Assembly (NCBI GenBank): GCA_965116495.1
Contig: OZ220696.1
Location: 1,824,001-1,888,000, forward strand
Direction of reading: 5' to 3'
Length of the DNA: 64,000 bases
Source of the DNA: Gammaproteobacteria bacterium
Lineage (GTDB): Bacteria > Pseudomonadota > Gammaproteobacteria > Eutrophobiales > Eutrophobiaceae
Part shown: one piece after another, positions 39,690 to 50,910 of the stretch
Layout of the letters: each line of letters begins with the position of its first letter
Numbering within the stretch: the first letter of the stretch is position 1
Notes under the pieces: generated by a model
What the model was told of the DNA's origin: nothing
The model's database searches: none
The model's input: only the letters and a program-made list of their open reading frames with translations
Program-made: the position numbers and the translations under genes

Positions 39690-41060
39690 TCATCGGAGAT
39701 TCCCTCTCTTGAGTGAAAAATAAACACCGATAAAACAAAGCAGGGACGTCACTATAAAGCTGGTGTTGATACTGGTGAGTAATTGACCGTGTTGTTCCGG
39801 TGAGAATTGCACCGGACCCAACATCAGGGCAAAGATCAACGTCACGATTCCCATGCTGAACATCTGACCGATAACGCGCATGGTCGCTACCGTCCCGGAC
39901 GCCGCGCCCAGGTATTTCCTGTCCACCGAACTCAGGATGGCATTGGTGTTCGGAGAACTGAACAGGGCAAATCCAAAACCTGTAAGCATTAAAGTCAACA
40001 CGACAAATACGGTTGGTGTCTGCGGGTTTGCCGTAGCCAGCAAGGCCAAGCCGATTGCCGTCAGACCCATCCCCGAAGATGCGATAAAACGCGGTTCATG
40101 GCGGTCCGACATCCTGCCTGCCAGCGGAGAAAACAGGGTCATGACCAGGGGCTGGGAGATCATTACCAGGCCGGCAAACTGTGGCGTAAACCCCCTGATA
40201 TTCTGCAGATACAAGCTCATCAGAAAAGTCATGGAAAATGTGGATGAATACATGATAAGCGCGGCTACACAGGAATAGGTTAACACCGGATTTTCGGAAA
40301 ACAGGTTGACGTTGAACAGGGGATGTTGCAGGCGTTTTTCATACCTGAAAAATACGGCGAAGCCGATTCCGCTCAGCAGGATCAGGGCAAACCCGGACAG
40401 GCCGGGCAGGATCGAGAAACCATACATTAGGGCTATCACGGTTGTCCCGTAGATTAAGGCGCCGGGAAAATCGAATTTCTGTCCGGACGGGCCGCGCCAC
40501 TCCCCTTTTAGATTTACCAGTCCCAGGACGATGACCAGGATGACCAATGGTATGTGGAAGACAAAAACACTGCGCCAACCGAAATGCTGGGTGACCCAGC
40601 CGCCGGCAAAAGGCCCGCAGGTCAGACCCAGGTACACTGAAGAGACGGACAGTCCCAATACCTTCCCACGTTTTTCCGGGGGATAAACGGAAGACAGGAT
40701 GGCAATGCCGGTACCGAACAACATGGCCGCGCCCATGCCCTGGAATGCACGGCACAGGATCAGCAACAGCGCCGATTGGGCAAATGAAGCGAGAATTGAT
40801 GCGACGGTCACCGTCATCATTCCGGCCAGGAACATTTTCTTGCGCCCGTGCATATCACCCAGCCGGCCGAACGGCAACAGGAACACGCCGCTGGATAACA
40901 GGTATGCAAGCGGGACCCAACTTGCGGTTATCGCGTCCATATTCAAGCCCAGGGCAATACTGGGGATAGCCACGTTGACTGCCGACAACATCAACGGGGT
41001 GATGAATGCGCCCAGACAGACTACAGCCAGCGCCGTTCTTTGCAGGGTTTGTTCAGACAC
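39690..41060 (-). CDS. MFS transporter (DHA2/EmrB-like)
   Basis: GRLGDMHGRKK motif A and about 14 hydrophobic segments. Confidence 0.9.
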   Translation of the reverse strand: MSEQTLQRTALAVVCLGAFITPLMLSAVNVAIPSIALGLNMDAITASWVPLAYLLSSGVFLLPFGRLGDMHGRKKMFLAGMMTVTVASILASFAQSALLLILCRAFQGMGAAMLFGTGIAILSSVYPPEKRGKVLGLSVSSVYLGLTCGPFAGGWVTQHFGWRSVFVFHIPLVILVIVLGLVNLKGEWRGPSGQKFDFPGALIYGTTVIALMYGFSILPGLSGFALILLSGIGFAVFFRYEKRLQHPLFNVNLFSENPVLTYSCVAALIMYSSTFSMTFLMSLYLQNIRGFTPQFAGLVMISQPLVMTLFSPLAGRMSDRHEPRFIASSGMGLTAIGLALLATANPQTPTVFVVLTLMLTGFGFALFSSPNTNAILSSVDRKYLGAASGTVATMRVIGQMFSMGIVTLIFALMLGPVQFSPEQHGQLLTSINTSFIVTSLLCFIGVYFSLKRGNLR

Positions 41061-41080
41061 GAAATTCCCCGGCCCGGGTC

Positions 41081-42103
41081 TCAGGTCAGGTAATCTTCCG
41101 CCAAGCTGAAGACCAGTTCTATGATGAACGGGGTCATTTCCCTGGCGGTTTCCGTCTCGGAGCGGGTATACATCCAGCCGAGATAGGTGGTGGCGCGCGC
41201 CATGAGCAAGACCGGCAGCCAGGCCAGGTGCTCATCCGTCAGGGGCCTTTCCTTTCGGTAGCCCGCAATCAGCGCCTGTTTCGCCGTGGCAAAATGTTCC
41301 GTGCCGAGCAGGAAAATGATCGCGGTAACGAGATCAAACAGGTACCAGCCATAGCCGCAGTCATCGAAATCAATAACCCGTACCCCATCTGCGCCTGTCA
41401 GGATGTTTTCAAACACCAGGTCTGCGTGGATTAAGCCGAACCTGTCCGGGGCTGTGCCAAATTCAGCCAGTTCGGTACGTAATTTGTCCCTCACCTTGAT
41501 CATCCTGTCTTTCTGCCGGGCACTCAGGGCAGGCAATTCCCAGAAGCGTCCCCAGAATGGCTGTTCACCGGTAAGCCCGTCAACGTCCCAGGCATGGCGG
41601 GTGAAACCTGCCGGTTCGCGCCAATGTTCGACATGGTTGTGCATCCTGGCCATGATGCCGCCCAGGGTCATAAACTGCGCGCGGATCTCACTCGCAGTGC
41701 CTGCCAACCCCCCCTCAACGCTTCCGGACTGCTGACCTTCTATCCAGTCGACGATATCAACCTGGCGCGGTTCCGGGACCCCGGTGGACTCCACGATTTC
41801 AAACATGCGGTTATTACCTGAAAGGCGCAGGACAGGTGTCAGCACCCCGTATTCCCTGAGGCTGCCAATCCACTGCCACTCGGAGCGAAGCTCGGCGTCA
41901 CTGTGATAGGCTGCCCGGTGGACCCGGACCACGTATTGCGCTGCCGTAGCCGCGTCGTAAACCTCGTAGACGGCATTCTCGCGCAGTTTGAGCAGCCTCA
42001 ACGCCGAGGAACGGTCAATGCTCCAAAGGGGTAAGGCATCCCGCACCAGAGCTTCATAGCGTTTTTCCAGTTCAGCTATGGGGAGTTGGTAAAAATCAGT
42101 CAT
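41081..42103 (-). CDS. APH/choline kinase-like phosphotransferase
   Basis: GLIHAD...N and IDFDDCG. Likely start MTDFY at 42103 (ATGA overlap with the amidase stop). Confidence 0.85.
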   Translation of the reverse strand: MTDFYQLPIAELEKRYEALVRDALPLWSIDRSSALRLLKLRENAVYEVYDAATAAQYVVRVHRAAYHSDAELRSEWQWIGSLREYGVLTPVLRLSGNNRMFEIVESTGVPEPRQVDIVDWIEGQQSGSVEGGLAGTASEIRAQFMTLGGIMARMHNHVEHWREPAGFTRHAWDVDGLTGEQPFWGRFWELPALSARQKDRMIKVRDKLRTELAEFGTAPDRFGLIHADLVFENILTGADGVRVIDFDDCGYGWYLFDLVTAIIFLLGTEHFATAKQALIAGYRKERPLTDEHLAWLPVLLMARATTYLGWMYTRSETETAREMTPFIIELVFSLAEDYLT

Positions 42104-43617
42104 TGCCGGTGTGATGGTCTGGCTGGATTCCGGCTGCCGCCGGAATGACGGGGTGAGGTGCCGGAACGACGGGGTGAGGTGCCGGAATGATGGGGCGAGG
42201 CGCCGGAATGACGGGAGCCTGGTCCAGGCAGGAAACCGACCTGTTCCTGCAAGGCCTTGCCGATGGCCAGTAACCTGCGGTCCGACCCCGCCGGTCCTTC
42301 CAGGCAAACACCCACAGGCAGGCCGTTTGCCGCCAGGCCCACTGCGACAGACAAGCTGGGAATGCCGGCGTTGCTGGAGGGGTCGGTATTACGGATTATC
42401 GTCCCCATGGTCGGATGTTGTTGACCGTTCAGTTCAACGCTAACGTCCTGGCCTATGGGGGGCGCCGTCATCGGCACTGTTGGAATAACCAGGGCATCCA
42501 GGGTGTTGCCGGTAAAATAATCTGAAAACAGTGCCTGCATTGCCGGACGATGTATGCTGATTGCATCCCTGTACGCCGCTTCGGTAACTGCGGCGCCGGA
42601 TACGATAGCGCTGTAAATTTCTTTCACGTCGGGGCTGGCTATCTGCGCCAGGACGTCCTCAATAGAGACGCCGGGGGCGAAGCCGGCAAGGTAATCCATC
42701 ATGTCGCGCCGCGCCTCATATAATACCACCGGGAAACCCACGCTGTCGTTCAGTTCAGCTACCCGTTCCAGGTCAACTTCCACCAGGGCCCTGCATGACG
42801 CGCCAAGCAGGTCCAGTGTGGCTTCGATGACATTTTCCATGCCTGTTTCCAGGTTGTCATAATAGTAAGCCCGGGGGACTCCCAGTCTTACATCGGTTAA
42901 ATTGACCGTCTCATCAGTCCCTGTATCAGCGGCCATGACCTGGTCCAGCAACTGTATGTCCTCAACCGCCCGGGCCATGGGTCCCGGCGTATCCCGGGTA
43001 GTGGAAATCGGGATGATTCCGGTTGTCGGATAACGCCCTATGGTGGGCCTGAACCCGCAGATCCCGCATAAGGCGGCAGGCAGGCGCGTTGACCCGCCGG
43101 TATCCGAGCCAAGCCCCGCAGGCAGTACACCTGCCGCGACGGCAGCCGCGGTGCCGCCACTGCTGCCGCCCGGAATCAGGTCCAGGTTATAGGGGTTCCT
43201 CGCCGGTCCGAACGTGGGGTTGTTATTGGTTATACCGAAGGCCAGTTCGTGCATGTTGGCCTTGCCGAAGATGACCGCGCCGGCATCCAGCAAGGCCCCG
43301 ACAACAGGGGCATCAGCCGGTGGATAATGACCTTTCAGCGCCGGTGTACAGCCGGAAGTGGGCAGGTCCGCGGTGTTGATATTGTCTTTCAGCAGCAGGG
43401 GGGCGCCGAGCAGCGCCGGGTTGCCGTTATCCCGTCGTTGCAAGTCCCGTTGACCTGCTGCGTGCAGCAGGCTGTCTTCATCCAGACAGACTACCGCGTT
43501 TAAATGAGCTACCTCCCTGTTACGCACCAGCATGGCCTGAACGTACTCAACCGCGCTGAACTCTTTTGCCTGCATGAGTTCAAGCGCCTTGACCAGGGTC
43601 AAGTCAAGGATATTCAC
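42100..43617 (-). CDS. Amidase-signature family protein (indoleacetamide/mandelamide hydrolase-like)
   Basis: LKDN Lys, [17 protein letters not shown]. Confidence 0.88.
   Translation of the reverse strand: MNILDLTLVKALELMQAKEFSAVEYVQAMLVRNREVAHLNAVVCLDEDSLLHAAGQRDLQRRDNGNPALLGAPLLLKDNINTADLPTSGCTPALKGHYPPADAPVVGALLDAGAVIFGKANMHELAFGITNNNPTFGPARNPYNLDLIPGGSSGGTAAAVAAGVLPAGLGSDTGGSTRLPAALCGICGFRPTIGRYPTTGIIPISTTRDTPGPMARAVEDIQLLDQVMAADTGTDETVNLTDVRLGVPRAYYYDNLETGMENVIEATLDLLGASCRALVEVDLERVAELNDSVGFPVVLYEARRDMMDYLAGFAPGVSIEDVLAQIASPDVKEIYSAIVSGAAVTEAAYRDAISIHRPAMQALFSDYFTGNTLDALVIPTVPMTAPPIGQDVSVELNGQQHPTMGTIIRNTDPSSNAGIPSLSVAVGLAANGLPVGVCLEGPAGSDRRLLAIGKALQEQVGFLPGPGSRHSGASPHHSGTSPRRSGTSPRHSGGSRNPARPSHRQ
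42124..42215. repeat. CGTC REP with 21-bp tandem extensions inside the amidase 3' end
   Basis: Unit GCCGGAATGACGGGGTGAGGT x3 plus a partial copy. Confidence 0.85.
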
Positions 43618-43620
43618 ACC

Positions 43621-43710
43621 AGATATTTGGGGTCAGTGTAAAAACTCATATTCGGAATCTCAGGTACCGGTAAAATCTGTCAAGAGTTTTTACACTGACC
43701 CCAAATATCT
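43621..43710. repeat. GGGGTCAG-type inverted repeat with long spacer
   Basis: AGATATTTGGGGTCAGTGTAAAAACTC and its perfect reverse complement. Confidence 0.85.
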
Positions 43711-43977
43711 AGTACCCTTTCCAGTTAATATTGGCATGTTCAGCGGGTCGGGAAGCGGTTGAGCGCAAGGCGCGCCGCGCAGGGAATGGCGCGCCCTTGC
43801 CAAGCGGTGCAACGCCGCGGGCGACCGCTTCCCGGCCCGCCCGCAGGGAGCGACACAGCAACGCCAATACGGCGTTGCAGCCCTTGACAAGGGCGCGCCA
43901 TTCTCTGCGGACTGCGCCTTGTCTTGGCGTTGCTGTGTCGCTCTGAACATGTCAATATTAACTGGAAAGGGTACTAG
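43709..43977. mobile_element. MITE with 31-bp TIRs flanked by CTAG
   Basis: TACCCTTTCCAGTTAATATTGGCATGTTCAG, one mismatch between ends, CTAG on both sides. Confidence 0.85.
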
Positions 43978-46493
43978 AACTCGTAGCCGGCCTGTAAATA
44001 CCATTCCCGGCCGCGGTGGAAGGTTTCAATGGTAAAACCGAAGGCGTCCTGGTAGTTCGAGAATACCGCGTAATTTTCGTCGGTCAGGTTATCCACGCCA
44101 CCGGAAACAGACAGGCCGCTGTTACCCACGTCCCAGCGCACGCTGGCGTTGAGCAGGTGCAGGTCATCCTCCACCAGGGCCGGGTTGGGCACGCCGAAAC
44201 TGAACGGCACACCGGCAAACGGCCCGCCGGGCAGGACGTCACCACCCAGGCGCGGGTTATTGTTGGAGTTGGTGCCCCAGTCGGTGCGGTAAGACCACTC
44301 GAACCGCGGAGTCAGGTAGCCCAGGTTGCCGACGGCGATCTCCTTGTAAATCTGCGCATTGGCCGTCCACTTGGAAACATGCTGGAACCGGCTGTCCAGG
44401 GTCAGGCCCTGTACGGTTCCCGCCAGTGCGGTGCGGTCGATATCGGTCATCCCCGCGCTGCCGGTGATATACCAGCCTTGCGCCGGGTTCAGTAACGCTT
44501 CCATCTCAACCCCGATGACCTCGGCGTCACCCGCGTTGCTGACAAAAGGCCCAAACCGGGACGGGTCGGCTACCAGTAATTGCAGGTTGGTGTAATCGGT
44601 ATAGAAAACCGCAACGTTAAAGCGCAACCGATCGTTCCAGCCGTCGAACTTGAAACCGCCTTCGTAGGACTTGACGAACTCGGGGTCGAAACTGGGCGTG
44701 CTGAGTTCAGGCGGGAAGATGCGTTGCGTATAACCGCCGGATTTGAAGCCTTCGGAATAGGTGATATAGGTCATCAGGCTGTCGTTCCAGCGGTAGGACA
44801 GGTTCACCATGGGCACCAGTTCCGAGGTTTGATGCGAGGTCCACTCAAATGGGAGCGGCCGGTCGCCAATTCCACATTGCGGCAGGGCCGGATTGAACGG
44901 CATCGGGATAGCTGACGGCGGACAGTTAAGGGGCAAAGGTCCTATCGGAAACACTTCAATGAACTGGTCCGGCAGGTAATCGCGGGTATCCTCGGTATAG
45001 CGCAGGCCGAAGGTCAGGTTCAGCCTGTCGTTGAAGTGCCAGGTACCCTGGGCGAATACAGCCCAGGAATCGGCATCATAATGGCCGCCGGATTGCACGT
45101 CCACCTGGGAAAACCGTACCGGGTTGATGTTCTTCCCATCCTCCTCAAAGTAATAAGCGCCGATGATCCAGTCCAGCCGATCGGCAAAACTGGTGCCCAG
45201 CAACTGCACTTCCTGGCTGAACTGTTCGTGCTGGTAGATGTCGATGAGGTAGGAAACCCGGATCGGGGAACCGTCCTGGTCGCCTTCAAAATGGCCTTCA
45301 AAACCGCGCAGTGAACTGATCGATTTCAGCTTGAGGTTCTCGGTGATCTGCCAGTCCACGGTCAAGGCCGTGCCCCACACATCCAGATCCTGAGTGGAAG
45401 GATCGCCGCTGTGATTCAGTTTCCTGTCGCCGTTGTCGATGTACTGCTGGTTGTAACAGACGGGGTTATTTGCATTTTCCGGACGGAAACAGGCGTCGAA
45501 CTGGAACGGGAAACCGCTGGGATGAATTACATTGAAGAATTCACCGCCGGGGAATGAAGCAGGTCCACCGCTGGCCAGCTGCGCGGCGATGGTATTGGCC
45601 GCCAGGGTCATGGACGGCGCTCCATTGGGATTGGGTGAACCATCAGGAAAAAACAGGCCCAGGTTAAGCGGCTGGATGCCGGTGAGGACAAAAGGATTGC
45701 CGTTCTCATTTTCGGTGCTGTAGTCCACGGACCAGTTGATATCGAGATTATCATTGGGCAGCCAGCGCAACGCGCCGCGCAGGGCCACTACGTCCTGGTC
45801 GCCCAAGTCTGCGCCGTCAGCCACGCGGGTAACATAGCCGTCCTGCATGAAGGTGGCAGCCGACAGACGGGCAAATAACTTGTCACCGAGAGGAATATTG
45901 ACGGAACCCCGGACATTGAAGCGATCATCGGTGCCGTACTTGACATCCACCTTGCCGCCGAACTCCCTGTCAGGTTTTTTGCTGCTCAGGCTGATGGCGC
46001 CGCCGATGGTGTTGCGGCCGAACAGGGTACCCTGCGGCCCGCGCAGTACCTCAATCCGGTCCACGTCGACGATATCCAGTACCGCGCCGACGGAACGGCC
46101 CAGGTAGACGCCGTCAACATAGATACCAACACCGGGGTCAATCACCGGGGTAAAGTCATTCTGGCCGATGCCGCGGATGTACACGGCAGCATTGGTCACG
46201 TTGGAATAGGTAGTCGATTCATTCAAAACCAGGTTGGGCACGAACTGGTCCAGTTTGCCGATTTCCGTCACGCCGCGGAAGTCCAGGGCATCACCGGTAA
46301 ACGCGGATACCGCAATGGGGGCATCCTGCAGGTTTTCTTCCCGTTTGCGCGCCGTGACTACGATTTCCTCCAGTAGCGCGCTGCTCCGGCCCTGTGCCTG
46401 GGCCGGTTTCAGGATTACCGTGACATCCGTAAACAGTAATGCCGTTACCACAGCCGCAACCGTGAATGGAAGATGCGTAATTCGATTAGTCAT
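43974..46493 (-). CDS. TonB-dependent receptor
   Basis: LEEIVVTARKREE TonB box, EVLRGPQGTLFGRN plug, terminal Phe. Confidence 0.95.
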   Translation of the reverse strand: MTNRITHLPFTVAAVVTALLFTDVTVILKPAQAQGRSSALLEEIVVTARKREENLQDAPIAVSAFTGDALDFRGVTEIGKLDQFVPNLVLNESTTYSNVTNAAVYIRGIGQNDFTPVIDPGVGIYVDGVYLGRSVGAVLDIVDVDRIEVLRGPQGTLFGRNTIGGAISLSSKKPDREFGGKVDVKYGTDDRFNVRGSVNIPLGDKLFARLSAATFMQDGYVTRVADGADLGDQDVVALRGALRWLPNDNLDINWSVDYSTENENGNPFVLTGIQPLNLGLFFPDGSPNPNGAPSMTLAANTIAAQLASGGPASFPGGEFFNVIHPSGFPFQFDACFRPENANNPVCYNQQYIDNGDRKLNHSGDPSTQDLDVWGTALTVDWQITENLKLKSISSLRGFEGHFEGDQDGSPIRVSYLIDIYQHEQFSQEVQLLGTSFADRLDWIIGAYYFEEDGKNINPVRFSQVDVQSGGHYDADSWAVFAQGTWHFNDRLNLTFGLRYTEDTRDYLPDQFIEVFPIGPLPLNCPPSAIPMPFNPALPQCGIGDRPLPFEWTSHQTSELVPMVNLSYRWNDSLMTYITYSEGFKSGGYTQRIFPPELSTPSFDPEFVKSYEGGFKFDGWNDRLRFNVAVFYTDYTNLQLLVADPSRFGPFVSNAGDAEVIGVEMEALLNPAQGWYITGSAGMTDIDRTALAGTVQGLTLDSRFQHVSKWTANAQIYKEIAVGNLGYLTPRFEWSYRTDWGTNSNNNPRLGGDVLPGGPFAGVPFSFGVPNPALVEDDLHLLNASVRWDVGNSGLSVSGGVDNLTDENYAVFSNYQDAFGFTIETFHRGREWYLQAGYEF

Positions 46494-46723
46494 TAACTGG
46501 TGCCTTTATCGCTCTTGAAAGCTGTGTAACCTGGCGTCTGATTTTGACAGGAAGATCAGGCTGTTCTTATTTGCAGATGCAAAGAGCGGGATGATACTTG
46601 AATAGTAAAATAACCTCAAGCATCCCAGTGACAGCATCCCAGTGACAAGCTTGATCCTCCGGGTACCCGCTTTCCCGCGCATGATGGGAGCCTTGCCTTG
46701 CCGGAGTGACGGATATGCAGGGT

Positions 46724-48820
46724 TTACCTGTTCTCGCTCCAATCCTGGAAGGTACGGCCTTGTCCGGCCAGTTGCTCCAGCAGCGCTGATGGTGTCCACC
46801 ATAAATCGCCGTATTGCTTGCGATATTTAACGATGGCAGCGTAAACTTTACCGAGACCCACCATGTCGGCATATTTCATGGGGCCGCCACGGTAACGGGG
46901 CATGCCGTAGCCGTTGGCGAAAATGACGTCGATATCTCCCGACCGTATGGCGATACCTTCCTCCAGCACCCGCGCGCCTTCGTTGATCATGGAATACAAC
47001 AGCCGCTCAATGATCTCTGCGTCACTGACCTCGATTTGTTGCACGCCCAGCGCCTGCGCCTCGCGCCGGGTGATTTCCATGACTTCCGGGTCCGGCAGAG
47101 GTTTCCTGCCCTCGTAGCGGTAGGTCCCGGCGCCGGTTTTCTGGCCCAGACGTCCCATTTCGCTGAGTACACTGATCATACGGCAGTAAACCGGATCATC
47201 GGGCCGGTCCTGCCACTCGTTATTCAACTTGTAGAACACATCAAGACCGGACAGGTCCATGACTGCGTGCGGGCCCATGGCCATGCCCCAATCAAAGGCA
47301 ACCTGGTCCACACGCTCCGGCGGGATGCCTTCCAGCATCATTAACTGCGCTTCCCTGATGTAGGGGAAGAACATTCGATTGCCGACGAAGCCGAAGCATA
47401 CGCCGACCAGTACGCCCACTTTGCGTATTTTCTTTGCAACTGCCATGGCAGTTGCTATCACGTCCCCGGCAGTTTGCTCGCCGCGTACTATTTCCAGCAG
47501 TTTCATGATATTGGCCGGTGCGAAGAAGTGCATGCCGATTACGTCATGGGGGCGTTTTGTCACCGCGGCAATCTCATTCAAATCCAGGCTGGACGTGTTG
47601 CTCGCCATGATCGCGCCCTGTTTACAGATCTCATCCAGTTTTGTGAATACGTCTTTTTTAATCTCCATGGTCTCGAACACGGCTTCTATCACCAGGTCGG
47701 CGCCGGCGATGTCGGCATAATCGGTGGTCGCAGTAATCATCCCCATGGCCTGTTCCAGTTGCGCCTGTGTCATGCGCCCCTTGTCAACGGCAGCCGCGTA
47801 ATTTTTCCGTATTATCCCCAAACCACGATCCAGGCCGGCCCGGTCCACCTCCAGTACCGTGACCGGTATGCCGGCATTTACGAAGTTCATTGTTATACCA
47901 CCGCCCATGGTGCCGGCACCGATGACTGCAACGTTCTTTATCTCCCTTACAGGGGTATTTTTGGGAACGTCGGGGATCTTGGCCACTCCACGTTCTGCAA
48001 AAAACAGGTGGCGCTGGGCCTGGGAATGGGTGGACGCCTTGCACTCATCAAACAACCGCCGCTCCGTTTTCAGCGCATCCCGGTAGGATTCTTTCATGGC
48101 TGCCTGCGCACACTTGACAATTTGTACAGGCGCGAAAAAGCCGCGCGCCTTCCTGGACAGCCCCTGTAGATACTCGTTGAAAAATTCACCGTCAACCCCG
48201 TCGGCGGCAACCTGCAGTTGACTGACCCGTTTCAGCGGTGCGGCACTATCCAGCAACTCCCTGGTATAGGCGATGGCGCCGGCGCGCAAATCACCTTCGA
48301 CAAGTTTTTCAATAATGCCGGCCTGCAGAGCTTCTGCGGCGCCGATGGGTCGCCCCGATATCATCATATCCAGCGCTTTCCTGGCCCCGGCCAGGCGCGG
48401 CAATCGCTGCGTTCCCGTGGCGCCGGGCAACAGGCCAAGGTTGACTTCAGGCAACCCCACTCTTGCCGTCGGGAGCGCGCAGCGGTAGTGGCAGCCCATG
48501 GCCGTCTCCAGACCCCCACCCAGGGCTGTGCCATGGATGGCGGCAATGATCAGTTTTTCCGATACCTCGAATTTCTCCACCAGGTCGGGCAACCAGGGGT
48601 CCTCAATCGGTTTGTCAAATTCGGTAATATCGGCCCCGGCGATAAACGTCCTGCCTGCGCAGATCAGCACCGCAGCTTCTGCTGAGCCGTCTGCGGCCAG
48701 TTTATCCAGGGCAGCCCAGCAACCTTTCCTGACTGCAGTGGACATGGCATTAACGGGGGGATTATCGATGGTTATGACGGCAATGCCGTCCACGACTTCG
48801 TAGTTTGTTAAATCCGACAT
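46724..48820 (-). CDS. Enoyl-CoA hydratase / 3-hydroxyacyl-CoA dehydrogenase multifunctional enzyme
   Basis: [34 protein letters not shown]. Confidence 0.93.
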   Translation of the reverse strand: MSDLTNYEVVDGIAVITIDNPPVNAMSTAVRKGCWAALDKLAADGSAEAAVLICAGRTFIAGADITEFDKPIEDPWLPDLVEKFEVSEKLIIAAIHGTALGGGLETAMGCHYRCALPTARVGLPEVNLGLLPGATGTQRLPRLAGARKALDMMISGRPIGAAEALQAGIIEKLVEGDLRAGAIAYTRELLDSAAPLKRVSQLQVAADGVDGEFFNEYLQGLSRKARGFFAPVQIVKCAQAAMKESYRDALKTERRLFDECKASTHSQAQRHLFFAERGVAKIPDVPKNTPVREIKNVAVIGAGTMGGGITMNFVNAGIPVTVLEVDRAGLDRGLGIIRKNYAAAVDKGRMTQAQLEQAMGMITATTDYADIAGADLVIEAVFETMEIKKDVFTKLDEICKQGAIMASNTSSLDLNEIAAVTKRPHDVIGMHFFAPANIMKLLEIVRGEQTAGDVIATAMAVAKKIRKVGVLVGVCFGFVGNRMFFPYIREAQLMMLEGIPPERVDQVAFDWGMAMGPHAVMDLSGLDVFYKLNNEWQDRPDDPVYCRMISVLSEMGRLGQKTGAGTYRYEGRKPLPDPEVMEITRREAQALGVQQIEVSDAEIIERLLYSMINEGARVLEEGIAIRSGDIDVIFANGYGMPRYRGGPMKYADMVGLGKVYAAIVKYRKQYGDLWWTPSALLEQLAGQGRTFQDWSENR

Positions 48821-48974
48821 GGTTATTTACGTTGTTGGTTACTTTAAAAAACGGCGCATTATAACAGGAGGACAGAAATCCGGTCGGAAAACTATATACG
48901 CTTCAGGATCTGCGTCCAAAGTAATTCCTCATCAGCCCTGTTTTACCATTGTACACAAAGTCTGAATCAGGTCG

Positions 48975-49445
48975 CTATCCGGACGGGATGGGTAATTCCG
49001 TCCTTTTCGTTGCTGCGCGCAGGGCGAAGCTGGACCGGACCCGGGCCACGCCGGGTAACGAAGTCAACTGCTCGTGGTGGATACGTTCATAATCCCGGGC
49101 ATCGGCCACGACGACCCGCAGCAGGTAGTCATAATCCCCGGACATCAGGTAACACTCCATCACCTCCGGTACCCGGGCTACGCCGGCCTCAAAGGCATCC
49201 TGGTCCTCCCGGCGCTGGCGGTTCAATGTTATCTCGACGAAGACGTTGTCCGGCAACCCTACTGCCGCCTGGTTAATCAACATGGCATAACCGCCGATTA
49301 TCCCGGCCTCCTCAAGTAATTTAACCCGGCGCAGACAAGCCGACTCGGATAAATTGACCCGTTCCGCCAGCTGGACATTACTGATGCGACCGTCCAGTTG
49401 CAGCTCGTGCAATATAGCGCGATCTGTTCTATCCAGAGATATCAT
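48975..49445 (-). CDS. Lrp/AsnC family regulator (AldR-like)
   Basis: LAERVNLSESACLRRVK HTH, ECYLMSGDYDY, divergent from ald. Confidence 0.92.
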   Translation of the reverse strand: MISLDRTDRAILHELQLDGRISNVQLAERVNLSESACLRRVKLLEEAGIIGGYAMLINQAAVGLPDNVFVEITLNRQRREDQDAFEAGVARVPEVMECYLMSGDYDYLLRVVVADARDYERIHHEQLTSLPGVARVRSSFALRAATKRTELPIPSG

Positions 49446-49474
49446 GAAAATAAAATTTTAATATTTAACTCAAG

Positions 49475-49493
49475 ATTAGAAGATAGTTCTAAT
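49475..49493. promoter_or_regulatory. Putative Lrp/AldR operator
   Basis: Palindrome ATTAGAA-GATAG-TTCTAAT containing AGA-N7-TCT between the regulator and ald. Confidence 0.55.
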
Positions 49494-49590
49494 ATTACAC
49501 CATATTACCTAATATTTCGCAAAGAAATTCAGTCTTATTTCCACTAAAATCAGGAAACAGTCAACACAATCTAAGACGGGTTGAAGCAAC

Positions 49591-50709
49591 ATGCTGATCG
49601 GAGTACCTAAAGAGACCAAGAACCATGAATATCGCGCAGGCCTGACACCGGCCAGTGTCCGTGAACTGGTGCAGGCGGGTCACCGGGTATTGGTTCAAAC
49701 TAATACCGGTATCGGTATAGGTATGACAGATGCCGATTACATCAATGCGGGCGCTGCAGTTGCAGCGAGTGCAGGCGAAGTCTTTGCCGAAGCCGAGTTG
49801 ATCATAAAGGTAAAAGAACTGCAACCCGGTGAGTGCCGGTTACTGCGCGCGGGACAGGTCCTGTTTACCTACCTGCACCTGGCGCCTGACCCGCAACAGA
49901 CACACAATCTCCTCAGATCCGGTGTGATCGCCATCGCCTATGAGACGGTCACCGCGGCCGACCAGTCCCTGCCTTTGCTCGCGCCCATGAGTGAAGTGGC
50001 CGGGCGTCTGTCCGTACAGGCGGGGGCCCACTGTCTGGAAAAAGCGCAAGGCGGATCGGGCGTCCTGCTGGGCGGCGTTCCGGGAGTGGCGCCGGCCAAA
50101 GTATTGGTCATAGGTGGTGGTGTGGTGGGCGATAATGCCGCGGCCATGGCCCTGGGGATGGGTGCAGACGTGACATTGCTGGACTGCTCATTACCGCGTT
50201 TACGGCAAGTTGACGCGGAATACGGCGGACGGGTCAAATGCGTTTATTCTACCCGGGATACCATAGAGGAATACGCGCTGCAATCCGACCTTATCATTGG
50301 TGCCGTTCTCAAACCCGGTGCAACGGCGCCCAAATTATTAAGCAAGGAACTGGTTGCCCGCATGAAACCCGGCTCGGTACTGGTCGACGTAGCTATCGAC
50401 CAGGGCGGCTGCTTCGAGACTTCCCGGCCAACTACTCACCAGACGCCCACCTACATCGTCGATGACGTTGTGCATTATTGTGTGGCCAATATGCCCGGTG
50501 CAGTCCCGCGCACATCTACGCTAGCCCTCAACAACGCCACCATGCCCTATATCACGGCACTGGCGAACAAGGGAGTCACGCGTGCATTGATGGATGACCC
50601 CGGATTAGGAAACGGCTTGAATGTGCACCAGGGCCGGGTTACCTGTGAGGCCGTGGCGAACGATCTTCATTATGATTACCTCCCGGCCGTGGAGGCGTTG
50701 GCTGCATGA
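49591..50709 (+). CDS. ald: Alanine dehydrogenase
   Basis: [47 protein letters not shown]. Confidence 0.96.
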   Translation: MLIGVPKETKNHEYRAGLTPASVRELVQAGHRVLVQTNTGIGIGMTDADYINAGAAVAASAGEVFAEAELIIKVKELQPGECRLLRAGQVLFTYLHLAPDPQQTHNLLRSGVIAIAYETVTAADQSLPLLAPMSEVAGRLSVQAGAHCLEKAQGGSGVLLGGVPGVAPAKVLVIGGGVVGDNAAAMALGMGADVTLLDCSLPRLRQVDAEYGGRVKCVYSTRDTIEEYALQSDLIIGAVLKPGATAPKLLSKELVARMKPGSVLVDVAIDQGGCFETSRPTTHQTPTYIVDDVVHYCVANMPGAVPRTSTLALNNATMPYITALANKGVTRALMDDPGLGNGLNVHQGRVTCEAVANDLHYDYLPAVEALAA

Positions 50710-50768
50710 AAAAATATTTTTGTAACAGGGAACTTGTAACGATAAAATTATTCAAATAGAGTAGCAAG

Positions 50769-50896
50769 TGACGAAGGGCATTCCTATCCTCCTCCTCGGC
50801 GGTGCTGTGTAATATGTTTGGAATGCCTTTTTATACTGGTAGCCCCCCGTTTCTCCTGCTTTGCCCCCCAACTGCAGGAGATGAGGAGGGGCTACC
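50769..50896 (+). ncRNA. Candidate sRNA with C-rich loops
   Basis: TTGTAA-17-TAGAGT promoter-like element followed by two hairpins. Family not recognised. Confidence 0.4.
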
Positions 50897-50910
50897 GCCT
50901 TATCCCGCAC

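Noticed and set aside
42139-42215. Possible CRISPR array
   Set aside because: Head-to-tail 21-bp tandem with no spacers, derived from a REP.
42104-42307. N-terminal extension of the 408-aa phosphotransferase ORF
   Set aside because: It overlaps the amidase and reads through the REP array. The ATGA overlap favours the start at 42103.
46620-46690. Cobalamin riboswitch upstream of the TonB receptor (GTCACTGGGA twice on the minus strand)
   Set aside because: Other core B12-element motifs are missing. The 14-bp duplication and adjacent hairpin look like degenerate CGTC REP pieces.
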